This document shows positions 62,276 to 64,000 of a DNA stretch of 64,000 nucleotides, one piece after another. The number at the start of each line of letters is the position of its first letter. Positions within the stretch are counted from its first letter, which is position 1. The notes under the pieces are model-generated. The model ran no database searches and was not told the origin of the DNA. It was given only the letters and a program-made list of their open reading frames with translations. Position numbers and translations under genes: made by a program. Origin of the DNA: Vulcanimicrobiota bacterium (GTDB taxonomy: Bacteria; Vulcanimicrobiota; Vulcanimicrobiia; Vulcanimicrobiales; Vulcanimicrobiaceae). The stretch covers positions 928,001 to 992,000 of the forward strand of contig CAVRQT010000003.1 in the NCBI GenBank assembly GCA_963723515.1. Direction: 5' to 3'.

Positions 62276-62620
62276 ATGTTTCGTTCTCTTTTTTCAGTCG
62301 CGGCGATCTTCGCATGCCTCGCCGCCGCGCTTCCCGCATCGGCAGCAACGATGACGCCTTCGGAAGTCGTCGCGAAAGCTGCGTCGTTGGATGGTGCGAC
62401 CGTCACTGTTTCCGGCAAAGTTGAAAAGTTTCAACGCACTTCAACGTTGATGGGAACGATTTCCGCGTTTCAGTTGTGCGACAGCGTGTGCGTCGTCGTC
62501 ATCGATCAAAAAAATAGGTCGCAGCAGAATGGCCAAACCGCAACCGTTACGGGTTCGTTTCACGTCCAATACAAAGGTCCGCGACGTTCGTTTAAAAACG
62601 TCGTCATGATCTCGAAGTAG
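62276..62620 (+). CDS. secreted OB-fold-like small protein
   Basis: GAGGAGG RBS; DG.TVTVSGKV...G.T.TVTG.F. Confidence 0.65.
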   Translation: MFRSLFSVAAIFACLAAALPASAATMTPSEVVAKAASLDGATVTVSGKVEKFQRTSTLMGTISAFQLCDSVCVVVIDQKNRSQQNGQTATVTGSFHVQYKGPRRSFKNVVMISK

Positions 62621-62626
62621 CAAACC

Positions 62627-63466
62627 TTACGGCGGGCTAGTCTTCGTAAACGCCCACGTCGATACGATCTTCGCGGTCTTGCTCGCGACCTTCACCGTGT
62701 CGTCTTGGGAGCCGTCGATCTCGTGAAAACGCCCTTTGCTCATATGCGCCGTCACGGTCAGCGTCATCGTATCTGAAACGGGGCCGGAAGCCGCCTTCTG
62801 CTCTTGCTTCTTTCGATGGTGGCGCACGATTGCGAAAGCTGCGGCTCCTGCCGGCGTAAGCGCATGATGTGCAATCGCACCAACCCCAATTGATTTAGCG
62901 AGCGCGACCGGGTCAAGCTCACCACCGGACGGCAGCGTCGTCATCGTTGTACCTTGAGTCGAGCCGGCATACTGCGCGCCGCCCATCGTACTCGTCATGT
63001 GAAGTTGCGTCGCAACCGGCGTACCGTTTCCAGCCGGCGTCAACGTTACGGGCACCGTAAAGCTTGCCGCGGGGGCACTCTTCCGTGCCGCCATGCCGAC
63101 GTGTGCCGCGAGCGAAACGTCCGCCATAAAGGCTCGGGCCGCTGCATCGGGTTGATCGCTGGCCGAAGGCGGCGCCGATGGATCGGGCGCGATCGATCCG
63201 TCCGCGGTCACGGTCAGTGGAATCGTTTTACTCGTCCCATCATCACTCACCACTGTCACCGTCAATGAACGTCCTTGCGTGTGCTTTACGGTCAGCGTGC
63301 CAGAGCCGGTATGTCGCCCTTTGGGAGTCGCTACGCTCGTTGTAAACCGGAATGTGGCTGATGCTCCGTTCGGCGGAATCGCCGACTGCGCGACCGCACC
63401 CGCGCCGGTTACTCCTAAGCTAAAGATTACAATTGTAGCCGCACTGACGACTTGTGCTCTGCCCAT
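62627..63466 (-). CDS. secreted hypothetical protein
   Basis: GGAGG RBS, signal peptide, beta-rich. Confidence 0.6.
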   Translation of the reverse strand: MGRAQVVSAATIVIFSLGVTGAGAVAQSAIPPNGASATFRFTTSVATPKGRHTGSGTLTVKHTQGRSLTVTVVSDDGTSKTIPLTVTADGSIAPDPSAPPSASDQPDAAARAFMADVSLAAHVGMAARKSAPAASFTVPVTLTPAGNGTPVATQLHMTSTMGGAQYAGSTQGTTMTTLPSGGELDPVALAKSIGVGAIAHHALTPAGAAAFAIVRHHRKKQEQKAASGPVSDTMTLTVTAHMSKGRFHEIDGSQDDTVKVASKTAKIVSTWAFTKTSPP

Positions 63467-63538
63467 ATTCCCTCCGCAGCTGCGATGCGCGCAACCCTAC
63501 GAAACATACGACGAGCTCGCGCTCCCTTCCTCAAACGG

Positions 63539-63940
63539 CTAGCGGCGAAGCTCTCGCGCCGCCCGTAAATCTTCCTTAACGTTTTCAATGGTCTGTTCGG
63601 GAATCGGCGGCCCCGCTTCCTGAATCTTTCGCTTGCCCATCAGCGCCAGAATTGCCGTCGCGATAGCCCAGAGAATCGTCACGATCAACGCTGCAAGCCA
63701 CGCCGGCATCGCAAGCGCTAGCGCGATGATGACAAGCGCCGTCAGCGAGAATAATGTCATCAAGCCGGTCAACGCCGAGCCGCTCAACATGCCGGCGCCG
63801 ACTCCAGCCGTTTTTGCTTTCTCTGCCATCTCGTCGCGTGCGGAGCGCAGATCGTCGCGCACCAACACCGCGATGTCGCCTGCAAATCGCTTTAGAGATT
63901 CCGGAAACGATTGGTCTTGGTCTTGATCGTCGTCTTCCAT
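63539..63940 (-). CDS. YhjD / holin-like superfamily III membrane protein
   Basis: LVR.....AR.EM.EK....G.G.G, two TM segments, P.PEQT.E..KED. Confidence 0.8.
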   Translation of the reverse strand: MEDDDQDQDQSFPESLKRFAGDIAVLVRDDLRSARDEMAEKAKTAGVGAGMLSGSALTGLMTLFSLTALVIIALALAMPAWLAALIVTILWAIATAILALMGKRKIQEAGPPIPEQTIENVKEDLRAARELRR

Positions 63941-64000
63941 TCGAAAATGCTCCTGTAGAAAGTGCGGATGGTTAGCAATTATGCCCGCTACGGGGCATTT

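Noticed and set aside
63539..63940. Holin as evidence of a prophage
   Set aside because: This family is commonly chromosomal and no phage genes are nearby

Overview
Bacterial chromosomal window of roughly 60% GC (estimated by eye). It is mostly housekeeping and accessory genes from a diderm organism with Terrabacteria-like gene order (recG ... rsmD-coaD-ylbL plus TonB-dependent and RND envelope proteins); Eremiobacterota is my inference and is unverified. Content: dTDP-rhamnose genes, a CsrA homologue missed by the ORF track, an ECF sigma / zinc anti-sigma-TonB fusion / atypical photolyase cluster, Moco genes, queG, short-chain acyl-CoA metabolism, six tRNAs, LigC plus LigD-Pol, two RND pumps, an ArsR-TBDR pair, an integrase-less islet at tRNA-Asp, DUF488-TopIB and several secreted hypotheticals. 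At least 17 genes carry small indels, which most likely reflect an unpolished long-read assembly rather than real pseudogenes. Most notable observations: (1) a complete promoter / leader peptide / antiterminator / terminator attenuator controlling an unknown 63-aa protein; (2) a REP-like palindrome family whose copies sit nested inside their own loop, up to three deep; (3) an anti-sigma apparently fused to a TonB C-terminal domain, followed by a photolyase-fold protein lacking the CPD-repair residues. No CRISPR array, rRNA, prophage or intact transposase was seen.
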